From Candidatus Omnitrophota bacterium (GTDB lineage: Bacteria > Omnitrophota > Gorgyraeia > 2-01-FULL-45-10), in assembly GCA_041650935.1 (NCBI GenBank), contig JBAZKH010000001.1:640911-704910 (forward strand): a stretch of 64,000 nucleotides of DNA, given 5' to 3'. The translations under genes and the position numbers were made by a program. The notes under the pieces were generated by a model, which was not told where the DNA came from, did not search any database, and saw only the letters and a list, made by a program, of their open reading frames with translations. Positions 27,006 to 37,040 of the stretch are shown piece after piece (within the stretch, counting starts at the first letter, position 1; each line of letters begins with the position of its first letter).

Positions 27006-27941
27006 TCAGGGCGTCTTATACTCCAGCCCCGAGATGTGCTGGTCGAGCCTGGTAATCGCGCCCTGGGCCTCGTTATTGTGCTTTGAATGGGCGTTTTCCA
27101 CATGGCTTATGATTATATTGTAGATGGTTTTGAAGCGTTCATAGTCGTTGCGCAAACCGGTTACTTTGGCCAGTATCTCTTTGGCGTTCTCTTCTATCTT
27201 AAGCGCTTTCATACCCTGGATAATGGTCATAAGGTACGGGTATATGGTCTGCGGTGACGTCGGATAGACCTTCTTCTTCAGCGCATAGTCGATAAGGTTA
27301 TTATCTTCGCCGAATTGCTTATCTTTAATAAACGCTTCATAGTAGACGCTTTCGGAAGCGATATACATCAGGGCAAAATCCGTCGTCTTTTCGCCCGGCA
27401 GGATGTATTTCGATGTCTCGTCTATGCGTTTCTTCACTGCCGCCACAAACGACTTCCAATAAGGTTTCTTCGCCGCCTCATCCGCAGCCGAGAGCATCTT
27501 ATTGTAATCCTCAAGGGAGAGCTTTGAATCTATAGGGACAATGTAATCCTTGAACTTTATCACAAAATCGACCGTCCCGGAACTCAACCGGACCTGCGTC
27601 CGGTACATATCGCTTGAGAGAATATCGTGGAGCGACTTTTCCAGGAGCCTCTCCCCGGCGGAGCCTGCCGCCTTTGGCATGGTGAAGAGGTTGCGCAGGC
27701 TCGTGACTTCGGACATTATCGCGCTTATCTGCTGAGCCTTCTGGTTAAGACTGCCCATCCGCTCGTTCAGGCTCTCTATTGTGCTCGAAGCCTGCCGCTG
27801 CATCTCGTCCGTCAACGGAAGGCGTTCATTCAGCCTGAAGACCTCCTTCGAAACATCTTTTAACCGTATGATGAGATAGAATATCGCAAAACTCAGCACT
27901 GTAAGGACGAGCGCCAGGAACGCGATAAATATTACCGCCAT
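27006..27941 (-). CDS. rmuC: DNA recombination protein RmuC
   Basis: N-terminal TM helix plus a coiled coil, and a RmuC-family C-terminal region (TVDFVIKF...IDSK). Confidence 0.8.
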   Translation of the reverse strand: MAVIFIAFLALVLTVLSFAIFYLIIRLKDVSKEVFRLNERLPLTDEMQRQASSTIESLNERMGSLNQKAQQISAIMSEVTSLRNLFTMPKAAGSAGERLLEKSLHDILSSDMYRTQVRLSSGTVDFVIKFKDYIVPIDSKLSLEDYNKMLSAADEAAKKPYWKSFVAAVKKRIDETSKYILPGEKTTDFALMYIASESVYYEAFIKDKQFGEDNNLIDYALKKKVYPTSPQTIYPYLMTIIQGMKALKIEENAKEILAKVTGLRNDYERFKTIYNIIISHVENAHSKHNNEAQGAITRLDQHISGLEYKTP

Positions 27942-28726
27942 AATGGTAACCTCAACGCTTTCTTTAAACGCGGCAGCGCTTCTTCGGCGGCCTGCGCGCC
28001 CCTCTGCACAGTTTCGCGCGATCTGTCAAAGGCAACCTGATCTATGTGACCCAGGTCCACCTTTATCACGAAGTCGGCATGCCGCGACTGATACTTATTC
28101 AGTTCTTCCCCGGTTATCTGGAAGGCCTGCAATATGATCTGGAATATATTCTTTATCGGATCTTCCCTGACGCAGAACCCGACATCGACGGCCACGACAT
28201 AATCCGCCCCCAGAGCTCTCGCTATCCCGGCCGGAACACTATTTTTAATCCCGCCATCCACCAGAAGCTTCCCATCGATCCTTACGGGGTTGAATATCCC
28301 GGGCCAGGAACAGCTTGCGCGGATCGTCTTGACCAGGTCACCGTTCTGGTGGACTACCTCCTCCCCGGTCTCGATATTTGTCGTGACGACGGCGAATGGT
28401 ATCTTGCAGTCCGAGAAGGCTTTGTCGGTGATGAGCTCGCGTATCGCGTCCTCCAACTTTTCGCCTGCCAGAAGACCCATTGTGGGTATTGTGGGATCGA
28501 GCAGTTTATTTGCGGTAAAAGAGTAGGCATCGACTTCCATGGCCGGGATGGAAATACCGAGCGAATAGGCGGCGCCGATCAGGGCCCCCATACTGGTCCC
28601 GACGATCATGTCGAAATGCACCCTCTCCCTCTCCAGCACCTTCAGGACACCTATGTGCGCAAGACCCCTCGCGGACCCTCCGCCAAGGACAAGTGCCACT
28701 TTCTTCTTTCCAAAAAGATTAAACAT
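27932..28726 (-). CDS. patatin-like phospholipase
   Basis: GGGSARG oxyanion motif, GTSMG serine motif and a DGG aspartate. Confidence 0.85.
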   Translation of the reverse strand: MFNLFGKKKVALVLGGGSARGLAHIGVLKVLERERVHFDMIVGTSMGALIGAAYSLGISIPAMEVDAYSFTANKLLDPTIPTMGLLAGEKLEDAIRELITDKAFSDCKIPFAVVTTNIETGEEVVHQNGDLVKTIRASCSWPGIFNPVRIDGKLLVDGGIKNSVPAGIARALGADYVVAVDVGFCVREDPIKNIFQIILQAFQITGEELNKYQSRHADFVIKVDLGHIDQVAFDRSRETVQRGAQAAEEALPRLKKALRLPLWR

Positions 28727-28748
28727 AGCGCCTTACTCCTCTTTTACG

Positions 28749-29564
28749 TCAATATATAACCAGTCCCGCATAACCTACCACCGACGAGTAATCCCCGGTC
28801 GCGTCACCGCTCGTCGCGTATTTCACGAGCTCCGCTTTTCGCGCCCCGAGCGCCTTGGCCGCGGCGATCATAATCGTTACCGGCGCGTACCCGCACATCG
28901 TTATGCCTGACGATACTACCCGGTCTAGTAAAGCCTCCTCATCCAGGTCCAGGATCGCCTTTATCGCCTCATCGTCTTTCTTTTCGGCGCTGGAGAGCGG
29001 CTCATAATGCGTCATATCGCTGGAAGCTACTATCACCGCTTTCCCGTCCAGGCCCTTTTCTTTAAGCGTCTTCGCTATGGCCGCGCCCACCTGCCGGTAG
29101 GCCGCAAGATCCGCATGCGACGCTATGATCGCCACGATCCTGAAGCTTTTCTGCAGATACTGTAAAAACGGCAGCTGGACCTCTATGGAATGTTCGAACT
29201 TATGCGACAGGTCATCGTCTTTGATATACGCGCAATTCTTTTTTATTGCCGCGGCAAGGGCGGTGTCGACAGCTACTTCACCCAGCGGCGTTTTCCATGA
29301 ACGGCTCGTCGATAATCCAAACTGCAGGCCAAGCCCGGTATGGTTTGGTCCTATGATCACATATACCGGCACAGGTTCGATGCTTGCAAAGACGCTCCCC
29401 GCAACACCGCCGGAGTAGATGTAACCCGCGTGCGGCGAGACGATGCCCACAACGCTGCGCCTGGGAGCTTTCGCGACAGCCAGGCCGCCAACCTCCCTGG
29501 CCAGCGCCGCTTTCGTACCCGGATAAAACTGCCCGGCAACAACAGGTTCTCTTGTCATCCGCAT
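28749..29564 (-). CDS. Memo-like protein (AmmeMemoRadiSam system protein B family)
   Basis: 271 aa. EPVVAGQFYPG N-terminus and SPHAGYIYSG motif typical of MEMO1/UPF0103. Confidence 0.8.
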   Translation of the reverse strand: MRMTREPVVAGQFYPGTKAALAREVGGLAVAKAPRRSVVGIVSPHAGYIYSGGVAGSVFASIEPVPVYVIIGPNHTGLGLQFGLSTSRSWKTPLGEVAVDTALAAAIKKNCAYIKDDDLSHKFEHSIEVQLPFLQYLQKSFRIVAIIASHADLAAYRQVGAAIAKTLKEKGLDGKAVIVASSDMTHYEPLSSAEKKDDEAIKAILDLDEEALLDRVVSSGITMCGYAPVTIMIAAAKALGARKAELVKYATSGDATGDYSSVVGYAGLVIY

Positions 29565-29568
29565 ATTA

Positions 29569-32211
29569 TTATAACGCTTGTTCCCCCGCGATTACAACCT
29601 CAGAATAACGATCCGGATCTAAATACTTAACGGCAACGCGTTTCACATCCTCCCCCGTAACGCCTTCTATCCCTGCTTTATATCGGAATATATCGTCGCA
29701 GCCGAGTCCATACAACTCGTCTATGGCCGCCGTTTGTGAAAAATATTCGTTAGTCTGCATCTTTACCCCGTGGCTGCAGATAAGTTCCCGCTTGGCAGGA
29801 AGGAGCTCCTCGTCCGCAAGACCTCTTTTCCTTATATCCTCGATCTGGCGCATCAGGCCCTGCTCCACCCTGGATACTTTTTCCTTGGCGCATGCCGCAT
29901 AAAGCGCGAAGAAACCCGCATGAGACATCGATTTATAGAAGCAGCCGAGCGTATACGCAAGAGGCGCTTTATTCCGGATGGAGTCGAACAGCCTGCCCGA
30001 ATGGCCGGAAAGCACCGAGCTCAACACTTCGAGCGCGTACCTGTCCGGGTCAAGCGCGCCGGCCGTCATAACGCCCATTACCACAAGGCTCTGCTCTTTT
30101 TCCATTCGTATCGTCCTGACGTTTACCCTGCCGGGTGCGGCGCAGTCCATCTCCTTTTTAAGGATCTCCCCTGACCGCAGGGCGGAAAAAATCTTTGTCA
30201 TCTTACCCGCAAGCGCGTCCGGATCGACATCGCCGGAGATCGAAATTATCATGCTGCCGGGCAGGGTATAAGTTTTGTAAAAGTTCACGATAGAGCGCCG
30301 CGTAAGCGAGCTTACAGCCTCTCTTTCGCCGGCATGACGGAGAGCATAAGGTGAATTACCGAATAACTCTTTCCGGAATAGATAGAATCCTCTCTGGAAT
30401 ATATCCTCATCTTCCGCGCGGATCGCGGCGAGGATAAGGGCGCGCGCTTTTTCTATTTCGTCCTCCGGAAAGACCGAACTTGCCAGTATGTCATACAATA
30501 GCGAAATAGCCGTATCGAGATCTCCCGAGAGAACGTTTATGGTCACGCCGAAACCGTCGAACCCGCTAAACGGGGTTATGTTACCGCCCAGTTTTTCAAC
30601 GGCACCTGTTATTTCATCTTCTTTCCTGTTAGACGTCCCTTTCAGGAGCATATTGGCGGTAAAATTAGAAATGCCGTTATCCGGCAGCTTTTCTACCGCC
30701 AGGCCGCCTGCCATAAGAACCGTTATCGAAACCGTCGGCGTCTTCTTACTTTGTCTTATCACGATATTCAACCCGTTAGGCAGGACTATTTTCTTAGCCG
30801 GAAGCTCAGCGGTTGAAGGGACTAAACCGCCTTCCGGGTATTCTTTAAAGGTCTCCGGAACTATCGCGGCTGTCGTAATGCCGTCGTCGCGCAAGTATTT
30901 ATTTGCGACACGTTTCAGGTCCTCCAAAGAAACCGCCTGTACCCCTTTTAGATACCTTTCGGAAAAGCCGCAATTCCCGGTAAAAAGATAATCGGAGGTT
31001 ATATTGCCCGCCTGGAAATCGAGCGTTTCGAGATTGAAGATATAATCGCCGATAACCATGCGCCTGGCGCCCTCGAGCTCATCGGAAGAGATCGCGCCGG
31101 ACCTTACCCGCGCTACCTGGCCGGCTATCGCTTCCGCGAGCGCCGTCAACTTGCCGGGATCGAGGAGGGCCGTTATGACGAACAGCCCGGGGTCGCGCGG
31201 CGTGAAGTTCCAACAGGTTACGGAATGAGCAAGTCCCTGCTGCTTCACCAAAGAGGTATTGAGCCGCGAATTATCGCCGCGGCCGATAATGATCGAAAGA
31301 ACATCCATCGCGAACAGGTCCTCGTCGAGAATACCGGTCGAATGGAACGCGACCGCAAGGTAGGCAAGGTTTGTCGCGATGGTCTTCCGGGCATCCCTCC
31401 TCCCGATCTGAGCAGGCTCCTGCGGGCTCAAGCCTATTACCTTATAATTGGGCGGCCGGAAATCCTTGAATTCGGATTCGGCTTTCGCCAGGATATCGTC
31501 CGGCTTTACGCCGCCGGCGATAGCTATCGCCATCCGGTTCGGCGCATACATACGGTTATAATACTTAACGGCGTCATCGCGCCTAAGCGCGCGGAATTTA
31601 TTCTCGTACCCTATCAAAGGATATTTGTAGGTATGGTACAGGTACGCCGTTTCATTAAGGAGCCTCATAAGCAGACTTTGGGGCTCGTCGTTATTGAGCC
31701 GCAGCTCTCTTAAGATGACTTCCTTCTCTTTATCGAATTCGGCGGCATCGAAGGCTGCGTTGAGAAGCATATCTTTAAGTAATGAAAGCGCATGTCCGGC
31801 ATGCTCGGCCGGGAGTATTATGGTATATTCCGTCAGGTCCTGACTGACAGAGCCGTTTATAAAACCCCCATACGATTTTATCTCTTTCTCGATACTGCCC
31901 GGGCGGCGCGTCCGCGTACCTTTAAAGAGCATGTGTTCGACCAGATGAGAGATGCCGGAACCGAGGTACTCCTCCTCGAGGCTTGACCCGGCCCTTACCT
32001 TTACGCTTATGCCGACCAGGTCTTTGGGCAGACTCTCTTTAGCAAAAAGAACGAGGCCGTTTTCCAATACCTTTTTGGAAACGGCCTCGTTCGACAACTC
32101 TATCACTCCGGGACTGCCTCCGGGCGCGCTCGCAAAAGACTGAATGGAGACTGACGCCGCAAGCGCCGCCGCGGCAAAAATTATGAATACCTTCTTCAGA
32201 ATGACTTCCAT
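29569..32211 (-). CDS. secreted tandem M16 (pitrilysin/insulinase) zinc peptidase
   Basis: 880 aa. Signal peptide. Inverzincin motif [10 protein letters not shown] in the first M16 unit and a second inactive-type M16 unit. Confidence 0.85.
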   Translation of the reverse strand: MEVILKKVFIIFAAAALAASVSIQSFASAPGGSPGVIELSNEAVSKKVLENGLVLFAKESLPKDLVGISVKVRAGSSLEEEYLGSGISHLVEHMLFKGTRTRRPGSIEKEIKSYGGFINGSVSQDLTEYTIILPAEHAGHALSLLKDMLLNAAFDAAEFDKEKEVILRELRLNNDEPQSLLMRLLNETAYLYHTYKYPLIGYENKFRALRRDDAVKYYNRMYAPNRMAIAIAGGVKPDDILAKAESEFKDFRPPNYKVIGLSPQEPAQIGRRDARKTIATNLAYLAVAFHSTGILDEDLFAMDVLSIIIGRGDNSRLNTSLVKQQGLAHSVTCWNFTPRDPGLFVITALLDPGKLTALAEAIAGQVARVRSGAISSDELEGARRMVIGDYIFNLETLDFQAGNITSDYLFTGNCGFSERYLKGVQAVSLEDLKRVANKYLRDDGITTAAIVPETFKEYPEGGLVPSTAELPAKKIVLPNGLNIVIRQSKKTPTVSITVLMAGGLAVEKLPDNGISNFTANMLLKGTSNRKEDEITGAVEKLGGNITPFSGFDGFGVTINVLSGDLDTAISLLYDILASSVFPEDEIEKARALILAAIRAEDEDIFQRGFYLFRKELFGNSPYALRHAGEREAVSSLTRRSIVNFYKTYTLPGSMIISISGDVDPDALAGKMTKIFSALRSGEILKKEMDCAAPGRVNVRTIRMEKEQSLVVMGVMTAGALDPDRYALEVLSSVLSGHSGRLFDSIRNKAPLAYTLGCFYKSMSHAGFFALYAACAKEKVSRVEQGLMRQIEDIRKRGLADEELLPAKRELICSHGVKMQTNEYFSQTAAIDELYGLGCDDIFRYKAGIEGVTGEDVKRVAVKYLDPDRYSEVVIAGEQAL

Positions 32212-32366
32212 CCCATTTTTCTTTTGCGGCGTTTCCGCTCGCTAGGTTTCTCGTAGTGCTTTCTCGCCTTGAGCGTCTTCAGGATACCTTCGATCTCTAT
32301 CTTCTTTTTAAAACGTCGCAGCGCCTTCTCCAGCGGTTCATTCTCGCCAACGCTGACTTTCGGCAT
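32196..32366 (-). CDS. rpsU: 30S ribosomal protein S21
   Basis: Not in the ORF track (56 aa). [50 protein letters not shown]... with a GAGGTGAGG SD. Its 3' end overlaps the M16 peptidase start by about 16 nt. Confidence 0.8.
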   Translation of the reverse strand: MPKVSVGENEPLEKALRRFKKKIEIEGILKTLKARKHYEKPSERKRRKRKMGWKSF

Positions 32367-32399
32367 TATCTCCTCACCTCTTTCATCATAGTTTATATA

Positions 32400-32428
32400 A
32401 TTCTAACAGGCATCTTCATGCTTGTCAA
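32400..32428 (-). promoter_or_regulatory. sigma70-like promoter (TTGACA, 17-nt spacer, TAGAAT) for rpsU
   Basis: Minus-strand TTGACA at 32428-32423 and TAGAAT at 32405-32400, about 35 nt before the rpsU SD. Confidence 0.5.
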
Positions 32429-32455
32429 GGTCAACTTAAACTCAAGACGCTTATT

Positions 32456-32836
32456 CTACTTGATTTTATTCCAAAAATCCCCGCTCTTCACGGGCACGGC
32501 GCAGCAGTTCTTTGCATAAAAATATATATCGCCGTCGGAACTCACGACCCGCAGATTCGGCCGCTGCCTGTCCGGTGTCCGGTCGATATATCGCTTGATG
32601 TAGAAATCCGCATCACGCGCCGGCACAACCTTTAAGAGCGCGGTATCGGCATACTTTATACCGAGATATTCATTTGTGCTGTCGAATACCAGGATTATCG
32701 GGTCCTTGTGAGCGGCCTGAAAATCGCGAAGGCAGTTTATGAGCGCGGAGGCCGCCTCCAGCGAATCGCCTTCGAGATCATCTATGGCAGAATTATGGTC
32801 CCGGATAAGGTTCCAGCCGTCAATAATTATAGGCAT
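32456..32836 (-). CDS. YacP/Rae1-like NYN-domain endoribonuclease
   Basis: MPIIIDGWNLIR..., VFDS, SSDGDI acidic motifs matching the NYN (PIN-like) fold. Confidence 0.7.
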   Translation of the reverse strand: MPIIIDGWNLIRDHNSAIDDLEGDSLEAASALINCLRDFQAAHKDPIILVFDSTNEYLGIKYADTALLKVVPARDADFYIKRYIDRTPDRQRPNLRVVSSDGDIYFYAKNCCAVPVKSGDFWNKIK

Positions 32837-33071
32837 TCTGCAGCGCCGCCATCTCTTTCATAAAGCTCCGATATATATCGGCCGTAGCCTTGACCATCCA
32901 TATCGTGATAGCGGCAAGCGCTATGGTTATAGCGATCTTGTGCCACTTTTTCAGCGCGGGGCTCAGCCAGACCAGCGGTATGGCGAGCGGCCCCACCGCC
33001 AGAATACCGACGAAGATCCATACCGGCTTATAACACCACTTCACCGCGCTATTCTTCTCTTCTATCTTCAT
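32820..33071 (-). CDS. small two-TM membrane protein, hypothetical
   Basis: 83 aa. Overlaps both neighbours, so it is operonic. Confidence 0.4.
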   Translation of the reverse strand: MKIEEKNSAVKWCYKPVWIFVGILAVGPLAIPLVWLSPALKKWHKIAITIALAAITIWMVKATADIYRSFMKEMAALQNAYNY

Positions 33072-33073
33072 CT

Positions 33074-33724
33074 TTAAGATAATTCCGCCTCCAGCTTATT
33101 TATCAGGTCCGACATCTCTTTTACAAGTCCGGCCGGGAGGAGTTTTTGGACCTCGATATCGGACTTCAGCATCTTAAGCGACGAGACCGCCCTCTTGATC
33201 ACGGCAGTCTTCCGTCTCTGCCTTGCCTCGTCCGGGCTAAGTTCTTCCCGCTGCCTCATCAGGCTCGTCAGGTCTCTCTTGACCTCGACCGGATCCCTGC
33301 CCGTCTCCAGCACGTCTTTCCGGAAACGCTGGTAATCATCCCTATCCAGAGCGTTCCTGTTCTTGGCAAGGCGGAGAAGGTTGACTGATTCGTAACTCGG
33401 CACGGCCGCGGGGGCCTGCGATTCGGAATACTCTTTTTGCAGGTAGGCCGGCTCTTCTTTTTCAAGAAAATAGTAGGATTTCAGAAGCTTCATAGCGGTA
33501 GGTTTTTTTACGCCTATCTCTTTTTGCGTATAAGCGTCGAAGGTCAGGTAACCCCACTCCCTGTACGACTTATCCTTCCATACGGCATAGAGCGCCTGGC
33601 CCAACTCTACCCAGGAGGTCTTAAAATTCTTTGCGCTCTCGAGAACTCTGTAGCGGAGGGAATCCTTATCGACACCGTCCATCCTCTCTTCAAGACGTTC
33701 AAGTGATTTTGTTTTCATATCCAT
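33074..33724 (-). CDS. hypothetical protein
   Basis: 216 aa. Conserved-looking core WVELGQALYAVWKDKSYREWGY. No family recognised. Confidence 0.4.
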   Translation of the reverse strand: MDMKTKSLERLEERMDGVDKDSLRYRVLESAKNFKTSWVELGQALYAVWKDKSYREWGYLTFDAYTQKEIGVKKPTAMKLLKSYYFLEKEEPAYLQKEYSESQAPAAVPSYESVNLLRLAKNRNALDRDDYQRFRKDVLETGRDPVEVKRDLTSLMRQREELSPDEARQRRKTAVIKRAVSSLKMLKSDIEVQKLLPAGLVKEMSDLINKLEAELS

Positions 33725-33766
33725 GATTATAACTCAAATGTCTTTTTTTTCAAACCATTTTCGTTA

Positions 33767-33795
33767 TTGACATGGCCGCCGCGATACTTTATTAT
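33767..33795 (+). promoter_or_regulatory. sigma70-like promoter (TTGACA, 17-nt spacer, TATTAT) for plsC
   Basis: TTGACA at 33767-33772 and TATTAT at 33790-33795. The ATG is at 33802. Divergent from the 33724 gene. Confidence 0.5.
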
Positions 33796-33801
33796 TATTA
33801 A

Positions 33802-34518
33802 ATGTTTAAAAAAGCGCTGGTATCTATATTGATCTGGGCCATCGGGACGACGTTGACCATACTTTTATTTTTCGCCATGTTATTTGTTATCGCCCTCCAT
33901 CCGTTCGACAGGTCGAGAAGGGCCGCACATGCGCAATGTTTCTGGTGGGCGCGATCGCTAGTTGCCTTAAATCCTTACTGGGGTATCGCCGTGAGCGGAC
34001 TTGAAAACATAGATAAGAAGCGGACCTATGTGCTGGTGGCAAATCACCAGAGCCTGGCAGATATCATAATCGTCTACCTGACTGGTATACAATTCAAATG
34101 GGTGGCAAAGGAGAGCCTCTTCAAAGTGCCGTTCGTAGGCTGGTGCCTGTCGCTGGCAAGGCATATCAAGCTTGAGAGGGGCGATTTCGGAAGCATAAAG
34201 AAGGTCTATCGCGCGGCGGCACAATGGCTGAGAAGCGGTATGTCGGTCTTATTCTTTCCCGAGGGGACGCGCTCGAACACCGGAGAGATGAAGGACTTCC
34301 AGAACGGCGCTTTCAAGCTGGCGATAAAAGAGCATGTTCCCATACTTCCCATATCCATAAAAGGGACCGGCAATGCCATCCCGAAAGGAACCTGGCTCTT
34401 CCAGACGAAAACGCCGGCCATTATAACGGTACTGCCGCCGATCGAAAGCTCCGGCTTTACCCCTGCCGAATTCGCGAAATTACGGGATGCGGCCCGCGCG
34501 GCGCTCGAAAAAGCCTAG
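33802..34518 (+). CDS. plsC: 1-acyl-sn-glycerol-3-phosphate acyltransferase
   Basis: HX4D motif VANHQSLADI and FPEGTRS motif. Confidence 0.85.
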   Translation: MFKKALVSILIWAIGTTLTILLFFAMLFVIALHPFDRSRRAAHAQCFWWARSLVALNPYWGIAVSGLENIDKKRTYVLVANHQSLADIIIVYLTGIQFKWVAKESLFKVPFVGWCLSLARHIKLERGDFGSIKKVYRAAAQWLRSGMSVLFFPEGTRSNTGEMKDFQNGAFKLAIKEHVPILPISIKGTGNAIPKGTWLFQTKTPAIITVLPPIESSGFTPAEFAKLRDAARAALEKA

Positions 34519-34533
34519 CAAGCGCGCCGGACG

Positions 34534-37023
34534 TTATCGCTTTCCGGATGCGTATGAGATTTTCCAAATATCCTTGGCGTAATCGGCTATGGTCCTGTCG
34601 CTCGAAAATTTCCCTGACCTGGCGACATTCTCTATCGACTTCTTTATCCAGTCCGCCCTCTTTTTGTAAGTCTCCGAAACGCGACCCTGGATGTCCAGGT
34701 ATCCTTCGAAATCCGCGCAGATGAAGAAACTGTCGCTTGCGGTAAGGCTCTCGACTATCGGGCTAAACAGGCCGAATTCAACGGGCGAAAGAAAGTTACT
34801 TCCGATAAGACCGATGATCTCTTTGAGCGATTGGCACCTTTCGATATATTCGTTGGGATTATATCCCCGGCATCTCAGGCTCTCTATCTCATCCGCCTTA
34901 AGCCCGAAGATAAATATGTTCTCTTTCCCGACCGCCTCCGCTATCTCTATATTCGCGCCGTCGAGCGTCCCTACGGTGAGGGCGCCGTTCACCATAAATT
35001 TCATACAACCCGTACCGGAGGCTTCCATCCCGGCAGTCGATATCTGCTCGGAGAGATCGCTGGCCGGGAATATCTTTTCGGCCAGGGACACGCAATAATT
35101 TTCTAGAAAGGCCACCCGCATCTTCCCGTCGATGGCCTTATCCCGGTTAACAACGTCGGCCACGCTATTAATGAACTTGATTATAAGTTTGGCCATGGCG
35201 TAGCCGGGAGCCGCCTTGCCTCCAAATATGAAGGTGCGCGGCATAAAGTCGGCTTTAGGATCCTTCTTTATCCTGAGATATTGCGACAGGACGTAGAAAG
35301 CAAAGAGCAGCTGCCTCTTATATTCATGCAGGCGCTTTATCTGCACGTCGAATAGGGACGCGGGGTCGACTTTTATTCCGGTCGTCGAGTAAATATAATC
35401 CGCGAGACGGGCCTTGTTCTGTTTCTTCACATCGTCCCACTTATCCCTGAAGGATTTGTCGTCCTTGAAACGCGATAGCTTTTCCAGTTCATACAGGTCG
35501 GTCACCCACTTGTCGCCTATCGCGCTGGTAATGAGACCGGAGAGCGGTTCATTCGCTTTCCTGAGCCATCTCCTTTGCGTGATCCCGTTCGTCTTGTTAT
35601 TGAATCTCTCGGGGAACATATCATAAAAATCCTTAAAAAGACGGGTCTTCAAAAGCCGCGAATGAAGCTCCGAGACGCCGTTTATCGAATGGCTTCCGAT
35701 AACGGCGAGATGTGCCATGCGGATCTTTTTGACATCGCCTTCCTCGACAAGCGACATCCTTCTCAACCGATCATTATCTCCCGGGAAGGCTTCCGCCACT
35801 TCATTCAAAAAGTTCAGATTTAGCTCATAAATTATCTGGAGGTGGCGGGGCAGGAGTTTCTCGAACAGGGTCACGGGCCAGCTCTCGAGAGCCTCCGGCA
35901 TGATGGTGTGGTTTGTATAAGCAAATGTATTGACCGTCGTATTCCAGGCGATCTCCCAATCGAGCCCTTCCTCGTCCACCAGGATACGCATAAGTTCGAC
36001 TATCGCTATAGAAGGATGAGTATCGTTTAGTTGTATGGCCGCTTTATCAGCCAGCTTCCGTATATCGTTATTTTCCACCTTGAAGCGCCTGAATATATCT
36101 GCCAGCGACGCGGCGGTAAAGAAATATTCCTGTTTGAGCCTCAATTCCCTGCCCTGGCTCACGTTGTCGTTAGGATACAGGACCTTCGAGATATTCTCGG
36201 TCATCATCTTGCCAAGCACGGCCCGCTCATAATCTCCGTCGTTAAAATAGCTGAGGTCGAACTCCTCGCTGGCCCTGGCGGACCACAAGCGCAAAGTATT
36301 GACTATATCGTTTTTGTAACCGGGCACCGGCATGTCATACGGTGTAGCCAGCACGTTCTCGGTATCGACCCAGCGGACCACGGTCCGGCCATGTTCGTCC
36401 TTTTCCGTATATGTGCGGCCGTAAAACCTGACATTCATTGTATATTCCGGCCTCTGGAACTCCCACGGATTGCCGCTCCTCAACCACTCGTCGGGAAATT
36501 CTACCTGGTAGCCGTTTATTATCTTCTGGGTAAAGATGCCGTATTCGAACCTTATCCCGTAACCATGCGCCGGGATCCCCAGGGTAGCCATCGAGTCCAG
36601 GAAGCATGCCGCAAGTCTGCCAAGACCGCCGTTGCCCAATCCGGCATCGGCTTCGTTCTCGCATATTTCATCGATATCGAAGCCCATTTCTTTGAGCGCT
36701 TCCCGCGTCTCCCGCTCCAATCCGAGGTTTATAATATTTGCCCCCAGGAGCCGCCCTATAAGGAACTCCATCGAGAGATAGTATACCCGCTTGCGGTTTT
36801 CGTCGTGATACCGCTCCTGCGTCACCATCCATCGTTCGACCAGGCGGTCCCTGACGGCTATGGACGTGGCAAGAAAGTCGTCATGCATGGTAGCGGTATA
36901 TTTATCTTTGGCAAGATTATATTCGCGGTTCGCTATGAAAGAGAGGCGCAGTCCGCCCTTCGTCATATCCTTGTAGTATCTCTTCACCGTCGCCTGCTGG
37001 CTATTTGCGGCTTTTGTTTTCAT
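34534..37023 (-). CDS. glgP: glycogen/maltodextrin phosphorylase (GT35)
   Basis: 829 aa. PLP-site signature EASGTGCMKFMVNGALTVGTLDGANIE. Confidence 0.93.
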   Translation of the reverse strand: MKTKAANSQQATVKRYYKDMTKGGLRLSFIANREYNLAKDKYTATMHDDFLATSIAVRDRLVERWMVTQERYHDENRKRVYYLSMEFLIGRLLGANIINLGLERETREALKEMGFDIDEICENEADAGLGNGGLGRLAACFLDSMATLGIPAHGYGIRFEYGIFTQKIINGYQVEFPDEWLRSGNPWEFQRPEYTMNVRFYGRTYTEKDEHGRTVVRWVDTENVLATPYDMPVPGYKNDIVNTLRLWSARASEEFDLSYFNDGDYERAVLGKMMTENISKVLYPNDNVSQGRELRLKQEYFFTAASLADIFRRFKVENNDIRKLADKAAIQLNDTHPSIAIVELMRILVDEEGLDWEIAWNTTVNTFAYTNHTIMPEALESWPVTLFEKLLPRHLQIIYELNLNFLNEVAEAFPGDNDRLRRMSLVEEGDVKKIRMAHLAVIGSHSINGVSELHSRLLKTRLFKDFYDMFPERFNNKTNGITQRRWLRKANEPLSGLITSAIGDKWVTDLYELEKLSRFKDDKSFRDKWDDVKKQNKARLADYIYSTTGIKVDPASLFDVQIKRLHEYKRQLLFAFYVLSQYLRIKKDPKADFMPRTFIFGGKAAPGYAMAKLIIKFINSVADVVNRDKAIDGKMRVAFLENYCVSLAEKIFPASDLSEQISTAGMEASGTGCMKFMVNGALTVGTLDGANIEIAEAVGKENIFIFGLKADEIESLRCRGYNPNEYIERCQSLKEIIGLIGSNFLSPVEFGLFSPIVESLTASDSFFICADFEGYLDIQGRVSETYKKRADWIKKSIENVARSGKFSSDRTIADYAKDIWKISYASGKR

Positions 37024-37040
37024 GAAGTAGGTCCCTTTCG

